A program made the translations under genes and the position numbers. Positions 27,759 through 37,286 of a DNA stretch of 54,931 nt are shown here, in pieces. The notes under the pieces were generated by a model. It was not told the origin of the DNA. It worked only from the letters and a program-made list of their open reading frames with translations, and made no database searches. Source of the stretch: a virus (taxonomy: Duplodnaviria > Caudoviricetes); IMG/VR virus record IMGVR_UViG_3300028897_000717, positions 1 to 54,931 of that record. The stretch is one strand, 5' to 3'. Each line of letters begins with the position of its first letter. The first letter of the stretch is position 1.

Positions 27759-29093
27759 TTACGCTGTAGTGGCTGAACAACTAAAAGCATTTTGTCTAAT
27801 CGGTGCCCCATCGACCTCCATCCGGCCGATGTAACCAATTTCATTCGTCTCTGCATATAGTTGATCGAGTACTCTCACTCGCATGTCAAGGGCCGTGTAA
27901 ATTTCGTAATACTGAAAATTACCGAACACCGCATAACGAGTAGAAGCTGCAGGGGTTGTATAATCTTGGGCATATTCGCTCTCCTCAACTGGGTAGCCAA
28001 GGATAGTGTCGGGTTTTACGCCAAAGCCTGCAACCCAAAGATATTGACCCGATCCATCTTTTAAGCGCCTAATCGCTGTCACCAAGGTTCTATGCATGAT
28101 CCAACGACATCCTGCTCGCCACTGTTTCTCAACATTACCGACCACCTCGATCAAATTGTCCGCCTTGATTGCTGAGCTAGTGTTGGCTGTGTTCACGTTT
28201 CTCCCAGACGGGATGCCGTAATCGCTGGCCGTAAAAATCCCCAACGGTTTGCCTGCACCGTCGCCAGTCATGAACGCCTTCTCTTCCGTGACGGCAAACT
28301 TGTATGACATTCTGTCTCTCACCAAAGCCTCAATGCCACCCATAACGCCAGCATAACGAACTAGGGTTTCAGAAACCTTGATCCTCTTGGCACTGGGGTG
28401 CGGATGAAACGCACGACCCTCAAACTTCAGGTCGCCCTGCGTGCCAGTTCTGATTTCTGCCGTCCAGTCACTGTCTGCAAGGTCGGTGTCAAGCACTGGT
28501 CGCTGAATTTCCGCCGCCTGTGGCATGTCATAGGTTTTGCAAATGTTGCGCATGAAAGTCAGTCTTTTCAGGTCGGCAATCAAGTCGCCCACAAACGCAA
28601 CCGGGGCCACAAGAAAACCACCATAAGTGTCATGGTCCATCTGCAAGGTGTTTGTTCTAAGTTCAGGCGTGCCCAAGCGTGCCCGAAATTCATCGGCAGA
28701 AATGCTCGTTGCCAAGAACTGGTCAAACGCATTTCGATACTCGGGGGTATCGTAAATACTCACAATGCGCTTTTCTTCCTTCTTGTCTTCTTTCCTGTCC
28801 TCTGGTTCCGGTCTAATGGCGCCAGTCTCAACCTGCTTTAGCAGTTCGTCGCGGTTTTCAAGTTTTTCTTTCCGCGCTGCCGATTCCTTTAGTTTGTCCA
28901 GTTCGGTGCGCTTCTCGTTGATCGCGGTAGTTAGTTCGTCAAACCTCTTATCCATGTTCTGGTAATTGGTTTCCTCATCGGCGTTAAGATCCCTCTTTTC
29001 CTCACCCGCCTTATTCAAAAGCGCCTTCTGGTCCTCGTGTATTTTGTTTCGTTCTTCGTGTAACTCTTTTAATGCTTTTTCAATTTCTTGCAT
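27759..29093 (-). CDS. major capsid protein, HK97 family (N-terminal delta domain)
   Basis: Coiled-coil N-terminus; GGFLV, TGDGAGKPLGI, LKDGSGQYLW, ILGYPV, FGNF. Confidence 0.95.
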   Translation of the reverse strand: MQEIEKALKELHEERNKIHEDQKALLNKAGEEKRDLNADEETNYQNMDKRFDELTTAINEKRTELDKLKESAARKEKLENRDELLKQVETGAIRPEPEDRKEDKKEEKRIVSIYDTPEYRNAFDQFLATSISADEFRARLGTPELRTNTLQMDHDTYGGFLVAPVAFVGDLIADLKRLTFMRNICKTYDMPQAAEIQRPVLDTDLADSDWTAEIRTGTQGDLKFEGRAFHPHPSAKRIKVSETLVRYAGVMGGIEALVRDRMSYKFAVTEEKAFMTGDGAGKPLGIFTASDYGIPSGRNVNTANTSSAIKADNLIEVVGNVEKQWRAGCRWIMHRTLVTAIRRLKDGSGQYLWVAGFGVKPDTILGYPVEESEYAQDYTTPAASTRYAVFGNFQYYEIYTALDMRVRVLDQLYAETNEIGYIGRMEVDGAPIRQNAFSCSATTA

Positions 29094-30150
29094 TGTCGTC
29101 CTCCAAAATACCGGCCTCTCTGGCCTTCAACTTTAACTTCTCCCTCAGAATTTTCACCTGGTACATCGGCACCTCGGTTTCCTTCTCATCCTCTTTGGCG
29201 GTCGCGCCTTCAGGATCGGATACTGTTTCATCTTTTGCCTCTGCCTTTTCCTCGGCAGGGGGGTCATCAACCTGCCCCTCATCGACGGTCGCGTCTTCGG
29301 GGATCAATTCGTTTAATGCCTCAACCGTCTTGGCGATAGCGCCACGGTCTTCGTCATCTAAATCCAAATCGTATTCGAGCCTTATAAGGGCCCGCTCTAC
29401 ACTTTCATAGTCAACGCCCACGCGTTGTAAAACACTTCGGGCGGTTATACTTGTTTGTGGATATGCAGGCCATGTAACTGCGGACACATCCAAAATTTCT
29501 ATTTCTTCAAGTGTCCGAATATTTTCTTTTCCCTTCTTTTCCCAACTATCGGAAACCGTCCGAAAACCAAAAGACATTTGCGTAATATCACCTCGCTCAA
29601 TGCTTGCGACTAAATCACGATGCCAACTTATATTCATGTCTGGAATGATTTCACATTGCAATCCTTCGGCATCCTCTTTTAGTTTTAGTGTTCTGGCACT
29701 TTTGCGACCTAACACAAAATTTCGGTCATGGTTCCACAGCGCCCGAACATCCGACTTGCGTAAACTTTTCTTGGTCGCCCCAGGGCTTACCTTTTCGCGA
29801 AAACCCCCAAGGTCTAAAGACAATTCGTTGAATACTATTGGGGTGCCAACTAATTTAATCTTGTCCCCATCACGTTCAGCGCGCAATTCCGGGCCTTCGT
29901 GCATCCTCATTTCAAACTTGGATGTTTTTGCTTGGTCTTCATCGGATAATATTTTTCTCAAGGTATCCTGATCTTTCTTTGTCATTTTCCCATCCTCACG
30001 TTTTTTATTTTTGCTTTTCCGCCAACTATCGTAACAAACCGCCAAACGTTGCTTGTTATCCTTAAATTCTTTTTTCATAGTGTCATTGGACATACAGCGT
30101 TCAATAAATTTTGTTTCTGGTTCATTCTTCTTCGGTTTAGGAATTGGCAT
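29080..30150 (-). CDS. prohead maturation protease, HK97 family
   Basis: LGGFREKV, VRALWNHD, MSFGF, DVSAVTWPAY. Confidence 0.95.
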   Translation of the reverse strand: MPIPKPKKNEPETKFIERCMSNDTMKKEFKDNKQRLAVCYDSWRKSKNKKREDGKMTKKDQDTLRKILSDEDQAKTSKFEMRMHEGPELRAERDGDKIKLVGTPIVFNELSLDLGGFREKVSPGATKKSLRKSDVRALWNHDRNFVLGRKSARTLKLKEDAEGLQCEIIPDMNISWHRDLVASIERGDITQMSFGFRTVSDSWEKKGKENIRTLEEIEILDVSAVTWPAYPQTSITARSVLQRVGVDYESVERALIRLEYDLDLDDEDRGAIAKTVEALNELIPEDATVDEGQVDDPPAEEKAEAKDETVSDPEGATAKEDEKETEVPMYQVKILREKLKLKAREAGILEDDNARN

Positions 30151-30997
30151 TGTTATTCTCTAATGACATAGCTAAACATGGTTGGAAGGGTGTTTTTAGT
30201 TTTGCCCCCTTACTCTCGTTTTCTTTTGCCCATATAGGGCGTAAATTTTCCAGTGCCCAACAACGCTTGAAATCAATGTCATTTGCTGTAATAAAATTAA
30301 AAGCATCAATGGGGACAATATGGTCAATGTGCCATTCCCCATGATTCGCCCAAGTCATATCTGTGTCGAACTGATTTTCTAAATGTCGAATTAATTCATC
30401 TAACGTATAACCAACCAAATCTTCCCAGTGGTGATTTAATTTTCTGCCTTTCAATGTTTGATATATGTAATTGGAAATCGTTCGTTGTAATTTCCATTTC
30501 GGATCAATTTTTCGGCGCTCTCTCGCTAATCTATTTTGTCTTTCTCTGCCTACCTTTTTAAATTCTTTGATTTTTTCTGGATATTGTTCCCTGTATGCTT
30601 TGTTTTTGGCGGCTATTTTGTCCTTGTTTTTATCGCGCCATTTTTTCTGTCTTGCCCTGGCTTTTTCTGGATTTTTCCAATAGTCCCTTTTAGCTTGAGC
30701 ACGAAATTCTTCAATGTGATTTGCTCTATGCTTCCTTCTTTTGGCATTTACCTTATCTCGGTTTGCTGCTCGCCATTCCCTGGTACGTTCACGACTTTTT
30801 TCGGGATGTGCTTTCTGGTATTCAGAAATTCTCTTGTTAATGCGGTCCTTGTTTTTCTGGTAATATTCACTTTGGTATGCATGCCAACAATCTAAGCAAG
30901 TGCCCGCACGCCCATCCTTGCATGACTTATTTTTCACAAATTCATCAAGGGATTTTTCTACATTACATTTTTTACATTTTTTGGTTTTTACTGACAT
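30137..30997 (-). CDS. HNH endonuclease
   Basis: N-terminal CxxC, basic helical repeats, WHIDHIVP...NLRPIWAKENESK. Confidence 0.85.
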   Translation of the reverse strand: MSVKTKKCKKCNVEKSLDEFVKNKSCKDGRAGTCLDCWHAYQSEYYQKNKDRINKRISEYQKAHPEKSRERTREWRAANRDKVNAKRRKHRANHIEEFRAQAKRDYWKNPEKARARQKKWRDKNKDKIAAKNKAYREQYPEKIKEFKKVGRERQNRLARERRKIDPKWKLQRTISNYIYQTLKGRKLNHHWEDLVGYTLDELIRHLENQFDTDMTWANHGEWHIDHIVPIDAFNFITANDIDFKRCWALENLRPIWAKENESKGAKLKTPFQPCLAMSLENNNANS

Positions 30998-31000
30998 AAA

Positions 31001-31040
31001 ATAAAAAAGCGACTCATGCTTCCGCCCGCACGGTCGCTCT
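31001..31040 (-). terminator. terminator-like hairpin with a UGCGGG loop motif
   Basis: AGCGAC..GUCGCU followed by a U tract. Confidence 0.5.
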
Positions 31041-31092
31041 ATAATCCTCTTTGGTTTATGTTAAACTATATGTAGTGCAAAATTAATACCAA

Positions 31093-34000
31093 TTAGCCTG
31101 GAGTTAAGCCGCAATCACACGAGTGGTGGAGTGGCGGGTGCCCAACCGACCGCCGTATACGCATGGGGACTAAATCACCTTTCGGTTGAAAATCCCCCTG
31201 CAACACAAAGTCTTGCCCCCTTGAAACCACCTTGCCATCTAGTTCTCTGCAATAAGGGCATGATTTGCCACGTGCTCTCCACACAAGTCTGTATCCCGCC
31301 CCAAGAAATATCATTGAAGCAACAGCATTACCTATTTGACTGCCTTCATTCGTGGCTATTTTACCGTGTCTCTTTTCTGCCCACTCGTCCGCCCGTTTTT
31401 CCACGTCCTCTGCCAACATTGCAGGGTCACTCTCTCGTAGCATTTGACGCAATTGCCCAAGGGAAGATTTAATGTGTCGCCCGCTATACGTATCCAAATA
31501 CTCATCAACAAACTTTTTTAGTTCGGGCGTCATTTCGGGTTCTAACTGTATTTCGGAGTGTGCCTCTTTCTGTATGGCATCTACGTAAGACATGACCACG
31601 GGTTTGAACATGCGTTTTATTTTGTCGGGCAGGTCGAAATAAAATTGCTCCATCCATTCCTCAAAGGACAAAAGGTTTCGTTTGGTCAAGTGCTTTTCTA
31701 CCGCTCGCTTTACGGCATTAGCTTCCAAGCGCACAAAGCGTTCTGCGGCGTCAAGAAACAACCCGTAAAAACTGCCCCGTATCCTGTGGCGGTTCATGGG
31801 AAATTTGCTATCGTCCTTGTCACCTTCTCCAAGCAATAATTGCTGGTCTTCCTCTATATTACCTTCCGGCAACTCGGAGAGTTCCGCCTCCATTGCACCC
31901 GCCCCCAAAAACATGTTAGATGGAGTCATGTTCATGGGTACGAGATAAACGTCCCCGCCTTCCTCTATCGGGTTCATGTCTTCAAGCTCGCGAATATCGT
32001 TGGCGGAGAGCCATCCCCATTGGCGTGCAGTGGAGTAATACTTACCTCTGCCTTCAATGTCACCACGCAACAATCCGCTAAGATTATGTTTAAAAAAGTA
32101 ATCTAGTTGATCATTTTCTGGTAACAACTGTGTGTTGTAACATTGTTCTAGTCGTGATGCCCAAGGAACTATAGAATGCTTGGTAAAAAATAAATCTTGT
32201 TTTTCTATATTGGAATTATGAACCACCACGCCATTAGCAATAAATGAGTGTGTCTGATTCACTTCTAAATCATACACTGGTTCGTAAATTCCCTTTTCAA
32301 TGCTCACAATTCTTGCGAGTTCACAATTTTCAAGATCAAAATTTTTGCCACCCCATAATGGGTATGCTCGTCCTTTTTTATCAAATGGTTTGCCATTCTT
32401 AAAGCGTTCCACATAAACGGGAGTATGTGAACCAATTCTACGATTAGAACCTGGATCTGAGCATGTAAATGTCCACAACGGATTCTGTGCTTTTGCACCA
32501 TTCGGCAAAATAGTTTCACGATTTGCAAAGCGTATATTTGTAACTGGGATGCCTAACCCCATACAAATATGACGAATCTGGGACAATAATTTACCATTAC
32601 ACGAATGAAATGCTATCCGGCCTTTTTTATCAACAGAACCATCGGCATCTAAATATCCACGCAAAAAACCCAACTGTAAATCGGCACCCAACTTAAAAAC
32701 CCAGCTCGGAACACTTTTAGTGTGAGCATTGCCACTGAATCCAAGCGCAATCAATTCATCACAGGCACTCACCGAACTAAATCGTGTTTGTCTTTCGCCT
32801 TCTTGTAGTTTGATTTTTCTTTTTGGTGACTTTTTAGCTTTTGTCTTCCAACTACGACCAGCCAAAATGCCCTCTATTGTATCCTTGCTAACCCCATATC
32901 TTTTGGCTATTACTGCGGATGAATTTTCAAATTTTGACTCAAATCTTATTTGATTAACATCACTCCATTTTAGTTTTGCCATGCAATGAGCTTCGCCATG
33001 GCGGTATATCTGCCCCCCCTGCCGAAAAAGTGACCTCATGACATCACGATAATAATCCATATATGTGGCCACCCTGGAACGTGCTATCGTTACATATCCA
33101 GAACTACTTTGTGATTTGATAATATTCCCATCACCCAACAATAACCCGCAAAACTCCATAAATGGAATAGTTGCTTTCCGTGTTGGCGTCTGATCTGAAT
33201 TCATGTCTGGCAAACATTTTAGATTAACTATGGTATCGCCAACTTTTAACATGTCAGCCCTAATCCATTCGTTTTGCCAAAACACCCTTTTTTGTGGTCC
33301 TAATATGTAATACGGAAAAAAGTGATGATATTTTCTCCTAACAAGTATGGGGTGGCGACCATTACAGCGAATTGTTCTGTTCTCGGTTTTAATGGTATAG
33401 ATTCGATCAATTCCCGTACAACTAGACTTGTTTACTTTGGATAATTTCCATTGTCGAAACGCTTTAAGACTCCAAACATTTTCTCCCGCCCTAATTTCCG
33501 CAATTGGTTTTGGTCCTGATTCAGTATAAACTTCCACTTCGGCAGGTAAACAATATGTAGCCTTATCTAAATCTCCCACAAGATGGGGTGGTACTTTAAA
33601 TAATCCAGCAATTTGTTCACGTTGGAACTTTTGCCCTTCCAGAAATTGGCTGTCTCTCGGCGGTATTCCTATCTCCTTGATTTCCATCCCTTCATCAAGT
33701 ATGGCTATTCGGTGCGCTGCATCCAAACCTCTATGCATTTTCTCCCAACTTTTGCGTAAATTTTCATGCCCCCGATCACCTAAATCCCCTGGATGCGTTA
33801 TAACTGCACTAGGTCTGGCATCATTGGCAAAAAATTTGGCTGCATATTTTTCCATGGCTAACCCAAGTGCTATCGCTTCACGTGACATAGAAAGTGGACC
33901 ATATCCCTGCACACCGTCAAAACCTAAACCAGGGATATGTAGGCAATCGCGCCTAGTTAATAAACGTTCTTGTCCATTTTTCAATGCAAACCGATAAAGC

Positions 34001-34455
34001 AATTGACCATTTGGCATGCGTTCAATTTCCATTCTATCTGGACGTAATGGCCACAATTCAATAAGTTGACCACGCTTATCAAGAACTTTATTGCCATAAA
34101 AGTTTCCCCAAGAATTCAGGTGAACCATCATTATTTCACGCAATTGTTGAGCAGTCATTTCTGGGTTTGGTTTGCGATAAAGCAATTGATAAAGTGGATG
34201 ATCGGTTGCCTTATCTTTCCCTTTAGCACCATTTTCACGATGTTTGAAAATATGGAGAGGTAAAGATGCCACAGCTTCGGCTAGAACACGGATGCAAGAA
34301 AACACAACAACATATTTCATTGCGTCTTCTTCACTCAGATTTTCACCCGTGTGCGTCTGTATCCCGCTACCCAGTCCCCAAAGTTTCAGGTTTGTGTTGC
34401 TAGTTCGTGTCTCCCGTTTTCCGTCCCCTTTCAAGAAACGTGTCAGGTATCCCAT
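31093..34455 (-). CDS. portal protein (HK97 family) with intein, fused to a MuF/gp7-like domain
   Basis: VASLPL, PNPEMT, GLGFDG, KVPPHLVG; C-terminal SCPYCRELDG..HPPLHHSCDC. Confidence 0.93.
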   Translation of the reverse strand: MGYLTRFLKGDGKRETRTSNTNLKLWGLGSGIQTHTGENLSEEDAMKYVVVFSCIRVLAEAVASLPLHIFKHRENGAKGKDKATDHPLYQLLYRKPNPEMTAQQLREIMMVHLNSWGNFYGNKVLDKRGQLIELWPLRPDRMEIERMPNGQLLYRFALKNGQERLLTRRDCLHIPGLGFDGVQGYGPLSMSREAIALGLAMEKYAAKFFANDARPSAVITHPGDLGDRGHENLRKSWEKMHRGLDAAHRIAILDEGMEIKEIGIPPRDSQFLEGQKFQREQIAGLFKVPPHLVGDLDKATYCLPAEVEVYTESGPKPIAEIRAGENVWSLKAFRQWKLSKVNKSSCTGIDRIYTIKTENRTIRCNGRHPILVRRKYHHFFPYYILGPQKRVFWQNEWIRADMLKVGDTIVNLKCLPDMNSDQTPTRKATIPFMEFCGLLLGDGNIIKSQSSSGYVTIARSRVATYMDYYRDVMRSLFRQGGQIYRHGEAHCMAKLKWSDVNQIRFESKFENSSAVIAKRYGVSKDTIEGILAGRSWKTKAKKSPKRKIKLQEGERQTRFSSVSACDELIALGFSGNAHTKSVPSWVFKLGADLQLGFLRGYLDADGSVDKKGRIAFHSCNGKLLSQIRHICMGLGIPVTNIRFANRETILPNGAKAQNPLWTFTCSDPGSNRRIGSHTPVYVERFKNGKPFDKKGRAYPLWGGKNFDLENCELARIVSIEKGIYEPVYDLEVNQTHSFIANGVVVHNSNIEKQDLFFTKHSIVPWASRLEQCYNTQLLPENDQLDYFFKHNLSGLLRGDIEGRGKYYSTARQWGWLSANDIRELEDMNPIEEGGDVYLVPMNMTPSNMFLGAGAMEAELSELPEGNIEEDQQLLLGEGDKDDSKFPMNRHRIRGSFYGLFLDAAERFVRLEANAVKRAVEKHLTKRNLLSFEEWMEQFYFDLPDKIKRMFKPVVMSYVDAIQKEAHSEIQLEPEMTPELKKFVDEYLDTYSGRHIKSSLGQLRQMLRESDPAMLAEDVEKRADEWAEKRHGKIATNEGSQIGNAVASMIFLGAGYRLVWRARGKSCPYCRELDGKVVSRGQDFVLQGDFQPKGDLVPMRIRRSVGHPPLHHSCDCGLTPG
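32215..33552 (-). mobile_element. intein (446 aa) with LAGLIDADG endonuclease
   Basis: ATY|CLPAEVEV...FIANGVVVHN|SNIE; GLLLGDG and RGYLDADG. Confidence 0.95.
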
Positions 34456-34456
34456 A

Positions 34457-34624
34457 TCAACTCTTTAGTAGCGCCATTACCCCGAACAAAAACATAACTA
34501 ACCCTGCCACGAACACGCCCCACCATGGGTTGCCAGTGAGTTGCCATACCGCCACCGCCAGTGCAGCCATGCCGCCCGTGGTTATAATGTCTGTCATGTC
34601 AGGAGGTTCTATGCTGAAGTTCAT
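34457..34624 (-). CDS. small membrane protein upstream of the portal
   Basis: Manual translation MNFSIEPPDMTDIITTGGMAALAVAVWQLTGNPWWGVFVAGLVMFLFGVMALLKS; start could be 34597. Confidence 0.65.
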   Translation of the reverse strand: MNFSIEPPDMTDIITTGGMAALAVAVWQLTGNPWWGVFVAGLVMFLFGVMALLKS

Positions 34625-34976
34625 CCGCCGTGGGTTCTTCGTATGTGGTTCCCGGCCATAATTTTCCGCCAGGTATGTATATCAATCGTGATTCCTTGAA
34701 TCGCTCCCGCGCCATGTTGCGCCATTCTCGCTTCGGGGAAACAAGGGCAATAATAACCTCTATCCCCTGCGCCTCGGCAATTTCCGCAATGCCCGCAATC
34801 ATCATTATGTGCTCCAAGCGGGCACCATCCGCATAACCGGGATCCCGTATCTTGTCCCTAACCTCGTCACCATCAAGGATAAGCACAGGTTTACCCTCTG
34901 CCCGTAATTGCTCGGCAAGTCTATTGGCGTGGTATGTCTTTCCCGCGCCTGCTCTGCCTGTTATCCAGTGAATCAT
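34599..34976 (-). CDS. cysC: adenylylsulfate (APS) kinase, short phage type
   Basis: WITGRAGAGKT, LDGDEVR, ALVSP, YEEP. Confidence 0.88.
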   Translation of the reverse strand: MIHWITGRAGAGKTYHANRLAEQLRAEGKPVLILDGDEVRDKIRDPGYADGARLEHIMMIAGIAEIAEAQGIEVIIALVSPKREWRNMARERFKESRLIYIPGGKLWPGTTYEEPTADELQHRTS

Positions 34977-34979
34977 AGA

Positions 34980-35080
34980 AAAAAAGAAAGGGAGGCATAA
35001 CGAGATGTTGCGGGCCATCCCGCATTGGCCTCCCCTAAATTGGACTCAGACAACTCTAGCCCGGGGCGTCAGAGTCCAAA
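34980..35080 (-). terminator. tandem hairpins; the second has an inner UGCGGG/CCCGCA stem and a U tract
   Basis: UUGGACUC..GAGUCCAA, then GGGAGGC..GCCUCCC-UUUCUUUUUU. Confidence 0.55.
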
Positions 35081-35081
35081 C

Positions 35082-35972
35082 TTAATATCCCAATTCCTTC
35101 TTTAACGCCAAAAACCGTTCCCGCACAGGTTCCCTAATCAAACCCGCTATATCGGGGTACTCGCTTAGCTTGTGTTTTCTGATACTCTTTATGTGCCGCT
35201 TGGTTATCTCTGTTGGTTCAAGATTGTACTTCACGGCTAAAAATTCTGCGAACCGCCCAGGTGACGTGCATAAATCTTCGTATCTTATGTTTTGGCAGGC
35301 GTCGTTTTCGTGCGAAAACCTGAGCCACTCTTTCGTCAACGTTGTCACGACACAGGCAGTCCGCGTTTCAACATTCCAATCTTTCCAAAGAGCTTTGTCA
35401 TTATCATCTATATACCATGGTACATTAATGCAATTATTATACCTATCTACATAATCAACTACCGTCGCCATAAATTCGTCCGTCCACCAACCACGTTTTA
35501 TCATAGAATTTATAATCGCATTTGGATCACGTGTGATATGCAAAAATCGGCAACCAGGAAATATATCAATTAACGATGGCAAAAGCATCTGGCTTTCTAG
35601 GGTCTTTAAAATAAATAACGGATTTTCTCGCTCAATATAATCTAGCACTTCCCGTCTACGGGAATATTGACCGTGAAAATTGTTAGTGTAATAATTGCCT
35701 ATCCATGTATCCTCATTCTCGTTGGGGTTTTGATTTCGACCAGAAATTTGTGGAACAATATAATCCTCAAAAAGCATCCCAAGGAATATCTCATTATCAA
35801 GTGGATAACCAGGATAATATTTGAGTGCAGCTGGTTCATAGAGAAATACAGTTGGCTTCATAGATGCAAGAAGGCGGAGCAAAACACTCGTTCCACTCCG
35901 CCCTATCGCAATTATAAACAAAACACGGTTTGCAAATAAATCAATATAATTGGTTGGTATTTGCAAACTCAT
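35082..35972 (-). CDS. sulfotransferase
   Basis: IIAIGRSGTS, YEP, HITRDP...S, IRYEDL. Confidence 0.85.
   Translation of the reverse strand: MSLQIPTNYIDLFANRVLFIIAIGRSGTSVLLRLLASMKPTVFLYEPAALKYYPGYPLDNEIFLGMLFEDYIVPQISGRNQNPNENEDTWIGNYYTNNFHGQYSRRREVLDYIERENPLFILKTLESQMLLPSLIDIFPGCRFLHITRDPNAIINSMIKRGWWTDEFMATVVDYVDRYNNCINVPWYIDDNDKALWKDWNVETRTACVVTTLTKEWLRFSHENDACQNIRYEDLCTSPGRFAEFLAVKYNLEPTEITKRHIKSIRKHKLSEYPDIAGLIREPVRERFLALKKELGY
35649..35664. repeat. 16-bp palindrome copy 5, TTCCCGTCTACGGGAA (intragenic)
   Basis: Exact arms. Confidence 0.85.
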
Positions 35973-35980
35973 CCTTAACA

Positions 35981-36040
35981 CACCTGACCGAACCGCAACA
36001 TACCATGCCTCACCTTACCGGACCTTACCCGACCATGACA
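35981..36040. repeat. degenerate pentamer tandem array (NRCCN x12)
   Basis: cacct gaccg aaccg caaca tacca tgcct cacct taccg gacct taccc gacca tgaca. Confidence 0.7.
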
Positions 36041-36044
36041 TAAA

Positions 36045-36813
36045 TTAGACACTACATCTCTCCCTTATCTCTGCCCTTACTTCCCCCTCCCCTGCAGTCA
36101 CATGCTTTTGCGTGCTCCCCATTGCCGCCTCAACCTCTCTTGCCTGCCTTACAAAACGTGCAAGCTCATCTGGTCGCAAGCTTACCGCATGGTCTGGGCA
36201 ATCCTCGCACAACTGCGAGTGTACGTGTACCTCCACATATTGTGCCCCAAGTGCAATGGCTGATATTACTATATGTATATCACGTGTGTGCGAGCTAAAC
36301 CCGTTGAACCAGGGGTTTCTTAACACTGCAAGGTTGGTCTGTTCGGGTGGGCAGGGGTAAAGGCTCGTGCATTGCAAAACGTACTTGGGGTTGAGTATCC
36401 GCACCGCTCTCTCGACCTCAATCATGAAGCACATTCCCGTTGACAGGATTACCTCACCGTTTATTGAATCGCTCGCCTCGCGTATTTTACGCATAAACTT
36501 TTCGTTACTTGCAAACCCAGATGCAACCTTCCACCGCTTCATGCCCAATCCGCGCAAAAAAGTTATGGCCTCATAATCGAACGGGGTTGCAAACCAAGCT
36601 ATGTTTTTTCTTTTGCAGTAGTCATCTAAATCAAACCACTGCATGGCAGTGAATTCGTAATCCTTGTATTTCGGTTGGGTGCCAAAGTAACATTGGAATT
36701 TTACTACGTCAGCGCCCGCCCGCTTTGCCATGTTTGCTAAACGCTTGGCTTGCCAAATATCGCCATTATGGTTGATGTCAACCAACCTCAGCAACTATTA
36801 GTGTCTGAGGCAT
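36045..36813 (-). CDS. neuB: nonulosonic acid synthase (NeuB/LegI family), frameshifted near the 5' end, no C-terminal SAF domain
   Basis: MPQTLIVAEVG* in one frame and INHNGD..ADVVKFQ..TPFD..ILSTGM..QCTSLYP in the next. Confidence 0.85.
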
Positions 36814-36830
36814 TAGGGCATCACCTCCTT

Positions 36831-36846
36831 TTCCCGTTGACGGGAA
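36831..36846. repeat. 16-bp palindrome copy 6, TTCCCGTTGACGGGAA (between a stop codon and the neuB RBS)
   Basis: Exact arms, intergenic. Confidence 0.9.
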
Positions 36847-37059
36847 TCATTGCTTATTACTTATCTCCTCCCACTTCCGCCACACCAACGCCTTAAACTC
36901 CTCATCATCGGCATCCAATAGCATGCCTACCGTGGCAAGAAGCGTCACGTATTCTGGCACTTCCTCACAATCGTCCAACTCCTTGGGTAGTGCAAGTTCC
37001 TTGAACCCATCCCTGTTGGCCACGAGCGCCATGTCGTCTTTTTTAAGGCGGAGTATCAT
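36847..37059 (-). CDS. hypothetical protein
   Basis: Translationally coupled ORF. Confidence 0.6.
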   Translation of the reverse strand: MILRLKKDDMALVANRDGFKELALPKELDDCEEVPEYVTLLATVGMLLDADDEEFKALVWRKWEEISNKQ

Positions 37060-37286
37060 TTTTGAAATACTCGTTTTAATGTTTCCTCTAATACGTGCTC
37101 AAATGGTGCTTCTAGTTTTTGTTTTCTGGCTCTATTGCATATAATATTAGCTAAGATGCTATATTTTATTGGTTTTGTATCACCAAAAAAATCACATGCA
37201 GCATCTTGGACTATTTTCCATAATTCATGTTTACATAAGACTATTGCCGTATCACCACACTTTTTATCAGACCAATAAAATTCCAT
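37056..37286 (-). CDS. hypothetical protein
   Basis: Coupled ORF, GGAG RBS. Confidence 0.6.
   Translation of the reverse strand: MEFYWSDKKCGDTAIVLCKHELWKIVQDAACDFFGDTKPIKYSILANIICNRARKQKLEAPFEHVLEETLKRVFQK

Noticed and set aside
36778-36780. Selenocysteine or stop-codon readthrough of the TGA in neuB
   Set aside because: Readthrough stays in the wrong frame (CAT CAA CCA TAA); other genes use TGA as a normal stop
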